DNA from: Nemertoderma westbladi
Lineage: Eukaryota; Animalia; Xenacoelomorpha
Reading direction: 5' to 3'
DNA length: 64,000 nt
Assembly (NCBI GenBank): GCA_032718475.1
Contig: JAUCBJ010000924.1
Span: forward strand, 8,761 to 72,760
The translations under genes and the position numbers were made by a program. The first letter of the stretch is position 1. Every line of letters begins with the position of its first letter. The notes beneath the pieces are model-generated. The model was not told where the DNA came from. It made no database searches and was given only the letters and a program-made list of their open reading frames with translations. Shown in pieces: positions 1-13,760 of this stretch.

Positions 1-264
1 GTTTATTGGGATTGGGACTGTAATACAGTAATACTAAAAGCCTATAGGCTGTAAGACTGTAAGAGCTTAATACTGTAATAGTATTAGGCCAACTGTCAGA
101 CTGTATTAGACTGTAATTATTATTAGACTGTATTAGACCTGCTTGTCTTTCCCGCACTGGGGGGAGACCATTGCCATTGGTTAGCTGTATGATATTGTAA
201 TACAAATAGAGCGGCAGGATAAAGAGAAATGCCGACCTCACTAATAATGGGCTGGTCCCACAGG

Positions 265-2162
265 CCAGCCTGGAAAATGTTTGCAAAAATTAAAACGCGT
301 TGTGCGCGGTAAAATAATGGGTGCGCGTGCGCGTGCGCAGAAAAGGCCAAAAACGTGCGCCGTGCGCCCACAGAGCAAGCCACATGTGCGCGCTTGCGCG
401 CACAAGGCATATGTGTACGCGCTTGCGCGCACATGGCGTGTGTGCGCGCGCTCTTGCGCGCCAAAAATTTTCCTGTTTTCTGCACATATGCTGAAAACAT
501 ATGTAAGTACGGAAATTTTAATTGACATACAGTATGTATTGTCTTGTATGTATTTATGTCGTCATATGCATTCGTGGCAGGTTATTTCAACTATTTCGTT
601 TTCGATTTCCATACTTACATATGTTTTAAGCATATGTATAGAAAAACAGTTAATTTTTTAGTTCAAAATTTATTAGTTTTTTATCATAACACTATTACTT
701 GGCAAGGTAAATATGAGGCGCCGTTAACGCCAAAAGGTCAGCAATAATATCTGAATATTAAAGGTTTTAAAAAGAATATTAGAGAATTTCAAAACATATT
801 TTCGGCCGAAATTTAAAATAATATTTTGTTTTATAGTTTATTATGATATTTAGTTTAACATTTAGAATATTTTGTTACATTTTTTCAGCTCTTTCATTTG
901 ATGTCATTTTCGGCCGAAATATTTTATTACATTTTTTCAGCTCTTTCATTTGATGTCATTTTCGGCCGAAATTTCGACTGAATTTTCGGCCGAAATATAT
1001 TATTACATTTTTTCAGCTCTTCAATTTGATGTCATTTTCGGCCGAAATTTCGGCCGAAATCTCGACCGAAATATTTTATTACATTTTCAGCTCTTCCATT
1101 TGATGACATTTTCGGCCGAAATTTCGGTCAAGATTTCGGCCGAAAATGACATCAAATGAAAGAGCTGAAAAAATGTAACAAAATATGTCGGCCGAAATTT
1201 CGGCCGAAAATGACATCAAATGAAAGAGCTGAAAAAATGTAATAAAATATTTCGGCCGAACTGTGAGCGGTTAACCTAAACATACAGTATGACCTGATTA
1301 CATTATGCTACCTTATTTCCGTTTCCGTACTTACTCTGGTCGCAGCGTTTCCAAGAACTCCATGTACGCATTATATACTGTATGTATGTAAATAGTTATT
1401 AGATTTCGCAATGAAATTTTTTATTCCAAAATTGAACTAGAGAAATATACTGCAGTACTGTAGGCATACAATTTTAAATATAAATTTTTTTAATGAAACC
1501 TTTCATAACAGCATAACGTCACACTTGTTTTAAACAACTGATCAACATTTTTGAAAAACATACGATTGTTTTACATCGAGATTGGTTTACGTTGTTACTC
1601 AAATACTCTTACTGTATCTACAGTATAACTATAATAATACAGTAAAATAATAGTACGTACGTGAACTGTACGTGTACAGTATATGCGGATGCGCCTAACA
1701 ACTTAGTTTAATTACCTACTTCTTGATTTAATTTTTTCTAATCATTAACTATTATTGTGAATTGTGATAATAATTAGTGTTTTTGCTAATAATAAATGTA
1801 AATAAATAAATAAATAAAATAAATAAATGTGTAATACAGTATTGCAGTAAGTAGGCCTACGATTTATATGATTTTCGTTGGGCTTGGGCAGCAATCAGTC
1901 TGCTACTAAATTGTACCGGTCCCATGTCAGGCTTGCAGTAGTCGTAGCAGTAGTCTCGCGCAATTTAAACTACAGTAGGCCTATCCTACCTTTTATTTTC
2001 GGGGTCTGGGGGTGCGCGGTTGAATTTTTTGGGTGCGCGGTTGAGATTTTTGGGGTGCGCGGTTAAGATTCTTGGGGTGCGCGATTTTTCTATATGGGAA
2101 TGCGCGGTTGGCAATGAAGTGCGCGGGCGTTGTGCGCGCCTGGGTGACTTTTTCCAGGCTGG
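265..2162. mobile_element. Non-autonomous TIR DNA transposon with 8-bp TSD (hAT/P-type)
   Basis: TIRs CCAGCCTGGAAAA (265-277) / TTTTCCAGGCTGG (2150-2162); perfect 8-bp TSD CCCACAGG at 257-264 and 2163-2170; GTGCGCG subterminal motifs at both ends; no transposase. Confidence 0.85.
797..1260. repeat. Array of palindromic TTTCGGCCGAAA motifs, units in both orientations
   Basis: About ten TTTCGGCCGAAA palindromes inside longer CAGCTCTTTCATTTGATGTCA units that flip orientation near 1140. Confidence 0.85.
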
Positions 2163-2179
2163 CCCACAGGTCACTTTAA

Positions 2180-3660
2180 CCCTTTAATGCCCACTGTTGT
2201 TTGTAAACAACATAAATATAATTGGTTCCCTCATGAACAAAATTCAATTTCCTGTTTTGTGATTGGGTGCTATAAATAGCATAATGATTGTAGTTTGTAA
2301 TTAAACCTGATCTGACAGAGTCAATACGAAGCCGATAGCCATAGATCGACTTTAAAGATGAAATAGCGAATCAGGTACCACTATACGCTAGAGCGCTTCT
2401 TTCTAGGCCATAACGTATGTTGTTTTCAACATAATAAGAGCTACGAAAAATATGCAGATAGCCTATAGCGTGTTAACTACCTACTAATCGTTACCCCATA
2501 GCAGAATGTATGTTTAGGGGGGTGTGGTGCATTGTTTTCTACATGTTGTTACAGAACAACATTGGTCATTCATGGAAGTAAATTTGGGACATTACCTGTA
2601 ACACCATGTAAAAAGCAGCCTTAGTAATTGGACACTGTAGAGTTGTATCTCAGGTCAAATATATTATTATAAATTAAAATTTATCTTCTCAAAAGTCTAT
2701 TTGTCTGTCTGTCTGCCTCTTACTCATGTTGTTTCACTTTATTTTGACTTTCTAATTTTTATACTGAAGAGATACAGTATGAGTCGATTTAACCCTAACC
2801 TCTCGCTAATGTTATCAGACCTGAGAACAGTAAATCGATTAGATATTGCTGATAGTGATAGTGCAGAGAATTCACTATCAATTCCTTCTGGTAGATTTTA
2901 TAAACGAAGTCGTGTTCGGTTTGACGAAACCCGTGGTATGGTGGAAGAAGATGAGATAGTCAGCGTGGAGTTACCTGGGGGGAACAAAAGTGGGTCTGAG
3001 AGTGAAGATGACGATGAATTGGAAGATGTAACACAGTTTGATATTAATGTTGATGGTGGTGGTGATATTACGGATGAGATTTCTGCAGATGATATAGTCG
3101 ATCTCGCCGCAGCTCTTGATGATATAGCTTCCAAATCGAATGAAGAGATACAGGATAGTAGTTACAGGTGGCGAAAGCAGGATAGTGAACCTGTAGACAG
3201 TGAGTTTAATGGGGATGCGTTTCCTAATCCACCTCCTGAACCAAATGAGCTACTGGAATACTTTAGATATTTCTTTCGTGAGTCACTCGTTAAGCATTTA
3301 GCAGAGCAGACTAATTTATATTCGACAGTCCAAACGAAAACGTCAAAGTGTATAAATGTTTCTGAGAATGAAATTGATCAATTTCTCGGAATTTTAATTC
3401 TAATGGGTGTAATTAAATATCCTCAATATCGAATGTATTGGGCTTATGAAACTCGCGTCTCTGCAATAGCGGATACTATGAGTCGACTACGGTTTGAAAC
3501 TATTAAGAGTATTTTCACTGCAATGATATCACAATGGAACCACCAGCTGGTGATCCTCATTCAGATAAATTATATAAAGTTAGACCAATGCTTGATTCTG
3601 TGCGAGAGATGTGCAGAAGTGTTTCTGCTGAAGAGAGACATTCTGTGGACGAACAGATGA
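2180..3660 (+). mobile_element. 3'-truncated piggyBac element with frameshifted transposase N-terminal half
   Basis: TTAA|CCCTT left end (2176-2184). ORF 2701-3660 carries YFRYFF..EQTNLY, EIDQFLGILILMG, YPQYRMYW, MSRLRF; after a frameshift it continues DKLYKVRP..SVDEQM (first catalytic D) and then breaks off. Confidence 0.88.
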
Positions 3661-5657
3661 CTGTGTATAACATATTAAGCCATATTTCATCATGAACACC
3701 AGCTGTTATTTTACCATTGCTTTTAATTTCGCGACAAAACAATGTCAAAAAACTAACTATATCGAATACCACACATAGAATCGATCTGAAATTTTGTAAC
3801 GCGATTATGAACCACCAAAGCAATGTACTTGCAAAATTTTATCAAAATCGCTAGGCAGGAAGTGCCTTAACCTAGATAATTATCAGTCAGTATGTCAGTC
3901 AGTCAGTCAGTGTAATGTATCCTGAGATTTTTACAGAAAGTATCCCTGAGATTCTTATTACAGTAAGTATCCCGCTGTCAAGCAGGATACTTTCATAGTG
4001 GAAATGGAGTGCCTCTAGCATCATTATTTGGTTTACTAATGATATAAATGTCATCATCTATGATATAATCTATACTACAAATTGAGTTGTAACCTGGGAT
4101 AAGAGTTTCCATCAATATGGCAACTTGGGAAGCTATACAGTCCCGCTCTCAAAAAGCATGCCTTTGATCAAACTTTGATCAAACATTGATCAAAGTTTGA
4201 TCAAAATGTGTCCATAGAATATCATTGAAAGTAGCATTGACATTGAAATGACATTGATGGCATATTGAAATGACCTTGAAATCGACGGACCGAAATTCCA
4301 GACTTTCTGTCTCATATTGAAATGACATTGAAATGATTTCAAGGTAACAGTTTACATCTCTCTTCTGCGACAAGCCTTTGAACTCAGATTCCCACCGAGG
4401 ACTGGCTTTTGTTAATGGCCAAGCCGCGATGTGATTGACAGGACAGGGCTTTCTTGACTTTGTGGATGGACAGCGATTGGATTTACATGGCAGTGTTGTG
4501 GTAGTGTCCCAGACTGAGTCTTGTTCTTGTAGGGCAGGGCCTATTATTACACTAACAAGGAACAACTAGTTCAGAAAAACAGCCTTTGGAATATTTTTAA
4601 ATTATTGTTATATTAGAAATTAGTTTCCATGTTCCTTAAATCAGCAGATAGGGGGGGGGGGGGGTCTATTAACTTAGTATTAATTATTAAATTATTTATA
4701 CTATTAATTAAAAAACTTACTCTTAGCTGCTCTCCGGTGAAGAAGAGCGACGTAAACTGCCACGATGAAAACACATGTGGCAGTACACGTCGCCCTTCTC
4801 CATCGTATACGGGCGGCAGGAGAACGTCGCCCTCAATGGCCCAGATGGCCGGGCCAGGTTGACGGAAACAGGGGCATTGGCCGCTGGTCCCTTTTAACCC
4901 ATGGCAAACAGCCCCCCTCCGCATACTTTCTTCATTGTTGTCTAGAATATAAAATGTATAATAAGTGTCATTGACATGGGAATATTCATAAATGAGTGTA
5001 GCTTGTGTACATACTGTAATACATTACATTTTTATCAACAACCCCCCCCCCCCCCCCCCCTCCTTTTCAGAAACTTTAAAAAACTCTCTCTTTCTCCTTC
5101 CGGGCCTCAAAAGTGATAACATGCTGCGGGAAGGCAGCTGGCCGTGGTCGGTGAACGGGGGGGGAGTCTGGAGCTAATGACGGGGAGACGGGTCAACTCC
5201 CAACCACGGAATCCCGGCTCAAGAAGTGCGACGAAAGACCCCATGCCGATGCCATTTATGTAGAATCTCGCGTCTTCGGCGGGGGTGAGCTGCATGATTA
5301 TGAATGTCATTCCAGATGAAAGGTCCCTAAAAACAAAAAATAAATTGCACTTTATTTAGCATATCACTCCCATACAGTATTCGGACAACTGTTCGATTTT
5401 GTCAATCCCAGTTGACTATAATGTACCTGAGAAGCTATTCGACATGACTGATCACAAAATTTTATTTTTCGTTATTTAATATTAGTTTATACTAGCTAAC
5501 AATGATAATAACTTTGTTGCGTTTGAAACCCTAAGGCTTTTACAATTACATTACATTACATTACATTATTCAGCTTCAAAATAAAACACTAACATCGATT
5601 GCCCAGTGCCACCTTGTGGGTGGGGCTGGGCATTCTTTTTTTTTTGAGTCGGGCTTG

Positions 5658-5762
5658 TCTGGAATTGGTGCAACAAGCACAATTCCGGAAATAATAGTAG
5701 CCAATATGGAAATATAAATGACTCAGGTAAAAATTACCAAATAAGTTGCACCAATTCCGGAC
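5658..5762. repeat. Short inverted-repeat (MITE-like) element
   Basis: GTCTGGAATTGGTGCAAC ... GTTGCACCAATTCCGGAC. Confidence 0.55.
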
Positions 5763-6972
5763 AGTGAGAGAGAGGGATAGAAATAAGAGTAACTCTTCCG
5801 GTCTAGGCTGCTAGGTGCTATTTACCTACCTTACTGCCTTATGGCCGCCTGTATGGGTTCTACTATTATTAATTATTATACCTGCTATTTTCTATTTACC
5901 AATACATATATACAGTAGTTACTGAGGAGCATACCAATTGCTTAAAGCCTTATGATAAAGGTGGCCAACGGCTTAACTGGTTTACCAGCCAGCTGTTATA
6001 TGTCTGTTATGAAGACTTCAAGCACATGTGATAGTTATTATGCTGAAGTCATATCACAGTATCACATCACATGTAAGTTTTAAGAATGTGTTAGATAAGT
6101 AAAAAAGTAAAGTAAGATTACACACATAGACTGTTGACTTATTTCCAGTACACCCCCCCCCCCCCCCCCCAGAACTATACTCCCTAGAGGAAACTCCAAT
6201 ACTCATTTCTACCATTTAAGGATGCAGCGCAGAGATGCGCCCTGGCTAGTTACTTACTTGTAGTCCATTTAAAGCATTTCTGCCGAAACTATATACAATA
6301 ATACCAATATACAATACAAAATATTACCGTACATTGTCCTAGTAGATGAAAATATTGATAAACAAAACACACATGACGTCATATGGCACATGGAAGATAA
6401 GGCCTTACCACTGATCTTCAGTTAAACAAATTAACGTTAAATAAGCGGGTTTTTAGTCTTAACTAGGCCTCGTAGATTTCTGTTGTACATAAAAAAAAAA
6501 AAAAATGCATTTCATAATCAGCACAAGAAAAGCACGTCTGGACACGGACTGACGGACATTGGAATATAATTCGAATTCAACTACACACTATGACTAGGAC
6601 CCTAACCAATATATCCTTGGTCAAAGTAAAAAACTAGAGAGTTAAGATTATTTATGATTTTTGCAAAAACAAGATAATTAAAAATAAAAAAAAACTTACA
6701 ACAGACATTAGAAGAGAAAGTATATAATTCAACTATATAGTATACCCTTTGTCTAGGACCCTGACCAAGGTCTAAAGATATAACAGTAATTAATACCTAC
6801 TGGTAATTGTTTCATTTCAGGATCAATAATTAGTTAGGCAGTTAGGTAAAACAATTAGGCCTATTTAATATTTAACAACAATTAACTGATTAACTCAAAT
6901 CTGCCAAAAATGTAAATATGTATGTTTATAACATGTACCCTTAGTTCATCTAAGCAAGTCTAGAATGTAACT

Positions 6973-7176
6973 TTAGTTAATCTCACAGAATAGGCAGGGG
7001 TCTGTAATATCATTGAGGCAGTCCTCATGATACCAACGGTCACATTGATCACATTGTATCCAGTTGACTTCGGAATATTCGTCTAAAATGGTTGTCTCCA
7101 TCGGGGGTTCCTTCTCCAAACATGCATAACATATCGATGAATCAATCTTCCCAACCTTCTTTTGTCTCTGATTCAT
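6973..7176 (-). pseudogene. Isolated PHD-finger fragment, probably the C-terminus of a pogo/DDE-1 transposase
   Basis: CYAC...WIQCDQCDRWYHEDC...CLFC then stop; the upstream part is missing. Confidence 0.6.
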
Positions 7177-7269
7177 TTTATTTGCAATGGGTTGTTTTAC
7201 CTTCCTAAAAAGAATATACAGTCCAGCTCACCAACAGAGTGCCATCGGATCCGATCTGAACCGATCGGA

Positions 7270-7400
7270 TCCAACAGCTTCAAACACTTTCAGACAAACT
7301 CCAACAGTCCAACAACTTCAAACAGATTCAGACAGTTTCAAACAGATTCAGACAGTTTCAAACAGATTCAGACAGTTTCAAACATAATCAGACAACTTCC
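7270..7400. repeat. 20-bp minisatellite
   Basis: TTCAAACAGATTCAGACAGT, three near-perfect copies plus degenerate ones. Confidence 0.8.
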
Positions 7401-9529
7401 AACAACCTGTCAATCACTCCACCCACACTCAACCGCAACCCGAACTCAACTCCCATCTTCTTGCGCGCAGATAGAATGAAAGCGTTTGAAACTACTAAAG
7501 GAACTCCATTCATAAAGCCACAATAACAGAGTGGACTGGCCACTGGCGGCGCCCTTGAACATTCACACTGTAACTTAAGCTGACCTGAAGGAACAGCCCA
7601 TTAGTGAGGTCGGTATTTCTCTTTATTCCTGCCGCGCTATCTTAGAATAACACAATAGCAGAAAGCTAACCAGTGGTCTACCCCCAATACAAGAAAGACA
7701 AGTTGGCTACCATTGAAATGAATGGGGAATGGAATTCTGTGTTCACATACTAATGTTGCTTTGGGTTGGTCTAGAGCCATACAATAGAGCTTTACGGAAA
7801 TACACTTCCAAAGAGCCAAGCAGTGGCGGTATAGGTCCAAAATGCCCATGTAGAATTTCTTCGAATAAGGCTCAATTTCTTTAAGTTACATTAATTAAAA
7901 TACTGATAAATATATTTTGCTTTTCGCAGGAGGGACAGTATCCCCTCTATAGTTAATATAGTGTACGTACATGTATTAGTTATATCGTTGCGTTTATTTA
8001 TATTTATACAGGTTTAGATATGATCTCTACTAGTTTGATTTTTGTTTTGTCAATTAATTAATTGTGCGGTTAATTTGTCAATCACAGCCTTAATTGGCTA
8101 CATTGCTTATTGTATGAATGAATATAATTAGAAATTAAGACATTATTTTAATTACTATCTGGTGTGATTAGGTTTACCTTTTACATAACAACAGTACGTC
8201 AATGGCGGATATACTACTACTACTAAGTCGAGCGAACTCGGACAGTGGAAATGAGATCCTTCCAGGCTTCCCGATTCGCCATAGTTGTCGCAATTTCGTT
8301 TCTCCCAAGTTCAGAGATGATAATTGATGTTAACGACATACTGACTCCTGTTCTTCCTTTAATTTAATTTAATAAGTTCAGAGATGGCGGATATACATTA
8401 CATCATCATAATATGGCATGGCAGTCACGTGAAAACAAGGGCCTTCACATTCCCAATTCTCTATCTAATCTATTATGGTTGTGCGTAATGCTCAATACTA
8501 CTTTATGATATTAATTCATTCACGTTTAACATTAACAGCCACGTTTCATCACCCCCCCCCCCCCCCCCCTCCCCTTCCAATGTGACAAACTATCACGATA
8601 TGTTGGCGTTGGGCCCCGTCCCTACGTCCACACTCCCTTGTGAAGGGCTAGGGGGGACTTTCGACCCATCATTACTAAAGGGTAGTGATAATATTCAAAA
8701 TAAGTTTTCCCATGTATACGTAATTGTATTCTTAAATAGGTACTTGTTTATTTCGTACAGTATAAGACCATAAATAAATAATAACATTTGTGGGTAAATT
8801 TTATTTTGTGAAATAAAAATTCATTTTTATGAAAATGTTAAGAAGTGTGGGTCTGAATGGTAGATAAGTTTTTAATGTCATTATTAATGACAAAATGCAT
8901 GATTTAAGTGTTAAAATTTAAAACATTGTATGAACAACACGAACAGTATAATTAATTAAAATAATGTCCTGAGAGGATGGTTTTTATGCATTAGTGTTGT
9001 TTATCGAAAGTCCTGTTTCAAATGCAGATGCAAATGCAAATTCAAATATGTTTCAATTAGTTTGCCAAATGGAGCTGAGTATATTTTGATAAGTTTTATT
9101 ACCAAACAGGTAGATAGAGTTCCGGATAACAGGTATGGGAGGTTTTCCACTATCATAGCTGTAATCTACTCGTCTCCAGCTTTCAGAAAATATATAGTTT
9201 AATGGGGTTTGAAACAAAAAATGTTTTTGACAAAATTTGGCTAATATTTTGTAGAGTGAACTAGCAGTAGTTCTGAACTGAACAGCAGTACTACAATGAA
9301 AACTACCCAACACCACACGTTCGTGGGGCCTTCGCGCAGCACGAGGCCCAGTTATGAGATACAAATTAAAATTGAGCAACTGTATCATAAAATCAGTATT
9401 TATTGATATTATTTATTTAATCTGCACCCCCCCCCCCCCCCCCCCCCCACTCTTCCCACCCACCAATACATAACCGCGACATCTACCACCCACGGAAGGG
9501 TAGCACGAACTTATTTCCAATCGCACGTT

Positions 9530-9910
9530 CAATATGCAAAGCCAGGTGGTTTATAGGAATATAATAAACGCAGTACTCGTTTTCATTATAAGCCTCGTTG
9601 CGTTCGTCCTGTTTTGTATTTAAATATATTTCTTAAACGCAGGCTATGACGATCTTTATAATAATAATAACTAGGGATGCGATCAATATGTGAAGCCAGG
9701 TGGTTTATATAATAATATAGTGAACGCAGTACTCTTCTTCATTATATGCCTCGTTGTGCTCGTCCTGTTTTGTATTTAAATATATTTCGTAAATACTGAC
9801 GAAGATACTGACGATCTTTATAACTACCGATGCGTAAAATAGGCGCAGCCAGGTATGGTTTATAGGAATATAGTCTACGCAGTACTCGTTTTCATTATAT
9901 GCCTCATTGA
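9530..9910. repeat. Degenerate tandem repeat, about 155-bp period, 2.5 copies
   Basis: AGCCAGGT..GGTTTATA..ACGCAGTACTC..TTCATTATA.GCCTC recurs near 9540, 9695 and 9847. Confidence 0.75.
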
Positions 9911-10619
9911 GTTATTAACGTTTAAAATTGAACACTGCAAAAAAAGCGACAGAACGACAGAACGATAGGTTGATTAATGGTACCCTTACGCTAAGGCTCA
10001 CTCACTTCGTGGCTCGCCCCACAGTAGGCCCGTAGGCATAAAGCACAGAGTCAGACAAAACTCTCTACCGGTAACACAGAACAATAGGGTAGGGTTACAT
10101 ACTGTATGGTCAAATAGTATTTAATATAATGGCGCTGCACCTTGCGGCTTATAGTAGGATAATTAAATTATCCAATAAAAATGAAGGGGCTGGGGTGGGA
10201 GTTTTAAATTATTTTGTAAGTTAACATTCACTAATGCTGATAGGAAAATTGTGAATTTTAGTTTATAGGTGACTTTAGGTCGGCTTTTTTTATTCCTGCG
10301 ATAATTTTATGGTGCCAAAAAAATATTAACTTTTTTTGTACATATATCCTGCATCTATTACATGTATTATTTCAAATTTACAGGTTCGTTTGTAATTCTG
10401 AGGTGCAAAATAAGCCGTGTTTCTTTTAAGCAACATAGTGCAGTAAAGGTACTGGGAAACAAATCAGAACAGTGAAATTCTAGATTTTGGATGTAAAAGC
10501 CTTTTTGTTTGTAACTTCTAAACTGGTAAACAGGCATTCCTTTAGGAAACAGAGTGGAAGGGTTTACTGTGGAAGATCCCCTATGGTGGTGAACTGTCAA
10601 TTCAATCAATGCGCAGTTT

Positions 10620-11600
10620 ATACAAAGACATAAACAACGTTAACTCATAATGCTTTAATGCTACTGCGTGTGCCCCTGAGGCATATAAACGGGGGGTAGT
10701 TATGTTTCATCGTATTTTCAACGTCAGTAAGGGCGGGGATGGCTCCCAGCTCCATACTGCAATTGGCGAAGCTAACACCATTCTTAGCAATAACCAATAT
10801 ACGAATGCGATGATTCAACGCGAGCTTACCGCCATCCGTGCCGCTAGGGGGCGTCCTGGCAATTGTAGTGAGAGCGAGGTGACTGCGGTTGCAACCACTG
10901 AGGTCATTGACCTGGTGGATCCAGCACCCGTAGATAATCCCAGGCCTATCATCTGTAAGTTTGAGTACCGCGGTCGGGCTACCAAACTTTTCGTTCGTAG
11001 GCTACGTGGTCTAGTACCGAGATCTTGCGCACGGCCAGTGCGGTTTGTTTACACAACTGCCAAACTGCGCCAATCACTGCCATCATTGAAACATCCGGTT
11101 CCCGATTCTAACATCGTGTATTCATTTGCTTGTCCCTCTTGTAAGGGGGAATATGTTGGACATACCATCCAACACTTATTTGAACGCGTTAGACAGCATC
11201 AAGACGGGTCGGCCAATGATGGTAGTGAACAAGGCAAGACAGTTCACAACCATATCATGACGCACCGCGGGGAGCCCAACACACGTTGGTTGACCGACTG
11301 GCGAGAGTTGTTCAAACACTTCAAGGTTATTGCACGGCACCCTTTGCGTCCTGTCCTGCAAAAACTAGAAATTTTTATATACGCACTCGCCAGCCAGCTA
11401 TCAACAAGCAGAAACGTGATTGGCGCAAGTTTGAGGTGCTTCTTCCCAGTGGTTAGACGGATACACTTCTACCTTGTTTCACTTTACCGTCCCGTCTCCC
11501 TTGGGAACTTCTATCTATTGTCTCCTTTCTAGCACTAGCTACTTGAGAAAGCCCCCATTGGGGCGAAACCTACTGATCAGCTGACAGCCGTCAGCTGATC
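10620..11600 (+). mobile_element. 5'-truncated Penelope-like retroelement (RT C-terminus + GIY-YIG endonuclease)
   Basis: ORF 10702-11532 contains SNIVYSFACPSCKGEYVGHT..LFERVRQH (PLE GIY-YIG) after an ILSNNQY linker. The 3' region has a hammerhead-like motif. Confidence 0.85.
11542..11570 (+). ncRNA. Minimal hammerhead-ribozyme-like motif (variant core) at the Penelope 3' end
   Basis: CTTGAGAAA-GCCCC-CATT-GGGGC-GAAAC: variant core, perfect stem II, GAAAC. No clear stem III or cleavage triplet. Confidence 0.5.
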
Positions 11601-12057
11601 ACTGATTGTATGCAACGTCTAATGTTCAGTTGCATTTTTATTTTAGTATTTGTATCGTACTGTACTTGCATACCTACCGGTAAGGTTTTTACTTCAGCTT
11701 GACAATTAAAGAATGAAAAAAAAAAAAAAAAATAGAACAGATACCGGATGATTGCAGTAAAAGTAAATCCTTTATTATTGTCCAACGAAATATTATAAAT
11801 AATTTATTGACATATTAAATAATTGTGGTTACGCTTAATAAAAATTGAATGAATTGAATAATTTAATGGTGTCTGGAATCATATCAGAATCACCGATTTC
11901 GTATCCATTGGTTTATTATTTTTGTTCGGGTTTTTTTATGAGGCCTCAACCATGAAAGAAATTACATAAAATCTCTTAGATAACAACTTTTTGTATTAAC
12001 CTTCCCCAATTTCGTCCAATTATTGTGATTATCGCCATTATCGAGCAATATGAGTAC

Positions 12058-12841
12058 TTACTTACTCGGTTCGGGTTCATCGAACAACTCAATCGGTTTC
12101 ACAGTATGGTTGTTACAGTCTAGGGATCTAGTTAGTTTAGCCGTCGGGGACTCATCACTGCTAGAAGCTAGTATCGAATACTCATAATCCGCTCTAACAC
12201 AAATTAGAAATGTAGGCCGACTGGAAGGCTTACACATTTCTGCCTTGTATTTGCTCAAAATAAAGTTATCGCCACTTATGGGGAGTTTTAACGCTGGTGT
12301 AAAGTCGGTGTATAGCAGTATCATATCACTATTTGGAATCGAACGTTTGAAAACATTGCTATTTAAAGCACGGGATTTCGCAATTGCTTCGACATGTAAC
12401 CCTTCGTAGTCAATATCTACGTCAACGGTAAGTTTTACATCTTTCCGGTAAACAAATTTTTAAATCGCTTGTACCCTTACTTAAATTACATGCTCCAATA
12501 TTAATCATAGTTTTCGTGTCGGTAGTTTTTGGACGCTTCGAAGTGAAACTCGATCCTAGGCCTATACTACTCGAACTTGGCTCAAGATGACCCCGTTTCT
12601 TTACTGACATATACTCTGAAAAATTTAGAATTTCAGTACCGGTATCGGTAAGCTGTTCTTTTGGTGGAAATCTATTTTCAGATATAATTTCATCTCGTAC
12701 CAGGTTTCCCACGGACTCCGGATTGTCAATGTTCGAAGAAGAAGTGCCAGTAGTGGTTCTGGTACCTGTTGGATTCGCACAATGATGGCAATAGCAAGAG
12801 TTTGGGTAAAGTCTATTACCACACTTGACACAGTACGGCAT
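12058..12841 (-). pseudogene. Frameshifted zinc-ribbon protein, probably transposon-borne
   Basis: MPYCVKCG..CYCHHCA zinc ribbon, then KTMINIG; after a frameshift near 12460 it continues to ILLYTDF..LPISGDNFILSKYKAEMCKP. Confidence 0.5.
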
Positions 12842-13131
12842 TATCCCACTTTATTTAAATCACTAAATCCTAACTGCCTAATGTCTGAATGTTACTACTG
12901 TTACTGTAGGCCTACCGGTACTAGGCCTACTGGCAACAACTGGCTACTGCATTACTTGTAGCTTTAATATGCCTAATGCAGAAAATTACAGGCACAGTTC
13001 TGCAGTTAACTAGCCTACGGTTCATGCAATTTTAAATGTGGAATGTGGTTCATGTCTGCGTCTAATGACTAATGCTGTAATGTATAGACTAATGTGTCTA
13101 TAGACTAATACTGCAGTACCTGAGTCCTGTA

Positions 13132-13250
13132 TGGAATCCATCCAAAAAGTGCTCAATTTTGATGCACACCGCGCGCCGATGCGCACCAATTTGGCGTGCT
13201 TTTATTCTAAAGTGCGCCGGATTAATCCGGCGCAAAGTGTATGGATTCCA
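13132..13250. repeat. Small inverted-repeat element
   Basis: TGGAATCCAT ... ATGGATTCCA ends, with internal palindrome TGCGCCGGATTAATCCGGCGCA. Confidence 0.55.
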
Positions 13251-13488
13251 GTCTGGACCTGAGTACAGGAGTACTGTAATGCAGTAAAAAAACTAAAACT
13301 GATATCCAATAGGTCAGTCTGTCAGTAGGTATCAGTACTGCAGTAGGTACCAGTACAGTTAATTCAGTACAGCAATAAGAAGGCCCTGGTAGTAGGTAAA
13401 AACAAGATTGGCCTATATTAACCAAGGAATGCCTAAGGAACACCTGCGGGATGCAAATCTGCTTACCTGTTATGGACAGTTACGAAAT

Positions 13489-13760
13489 TGTGACGGGATC
13501 CGAGTTGGCAAAAGATCCCGACCATTGTGTGTGTGTTTCGAGTCATTGCAAACGCGTCGCCGCGTTTGCTAGGCTACTGGAAGGCTGTGGAGAAATTGAA
13601 AGGCCGAAGGCCGGTGAAATAACTAAGTTTATAGTTATTGTTGTTCATAATATCAGATAAGCGCATCTCAGTCTAATACAATAATAGCCTAATCCCTATT
13701 TTCCCCTGGCCCTATGCTAGCTTCCCCCTGAGATGAGCTGATGTGCTGGTATCTCTCTCT
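13489..13760 (-). mobile_element. Partial LTR of the TGTGACGGGATCC family
   Basis: Shares TGTGACGGGATC..GATCCCG with 32925 and 43993, and ACGCGTCGCCGC with 32925. The far boundary is approximate. Confidence 0.55.

Noticed and set aside
123-661. Overlapping Arg/Ala-rich ORFs
   Set aside because: They arise from GCGCGC subterminal motifs of the TIR element.
10702-11532. Penelope GIY-YIG as the source of the Helitron GIY-YIG
   Set aside because: The motif patterns differ: the PLE type has a CxxC insert, while the Helitron-linked one has GRG..T..PW.
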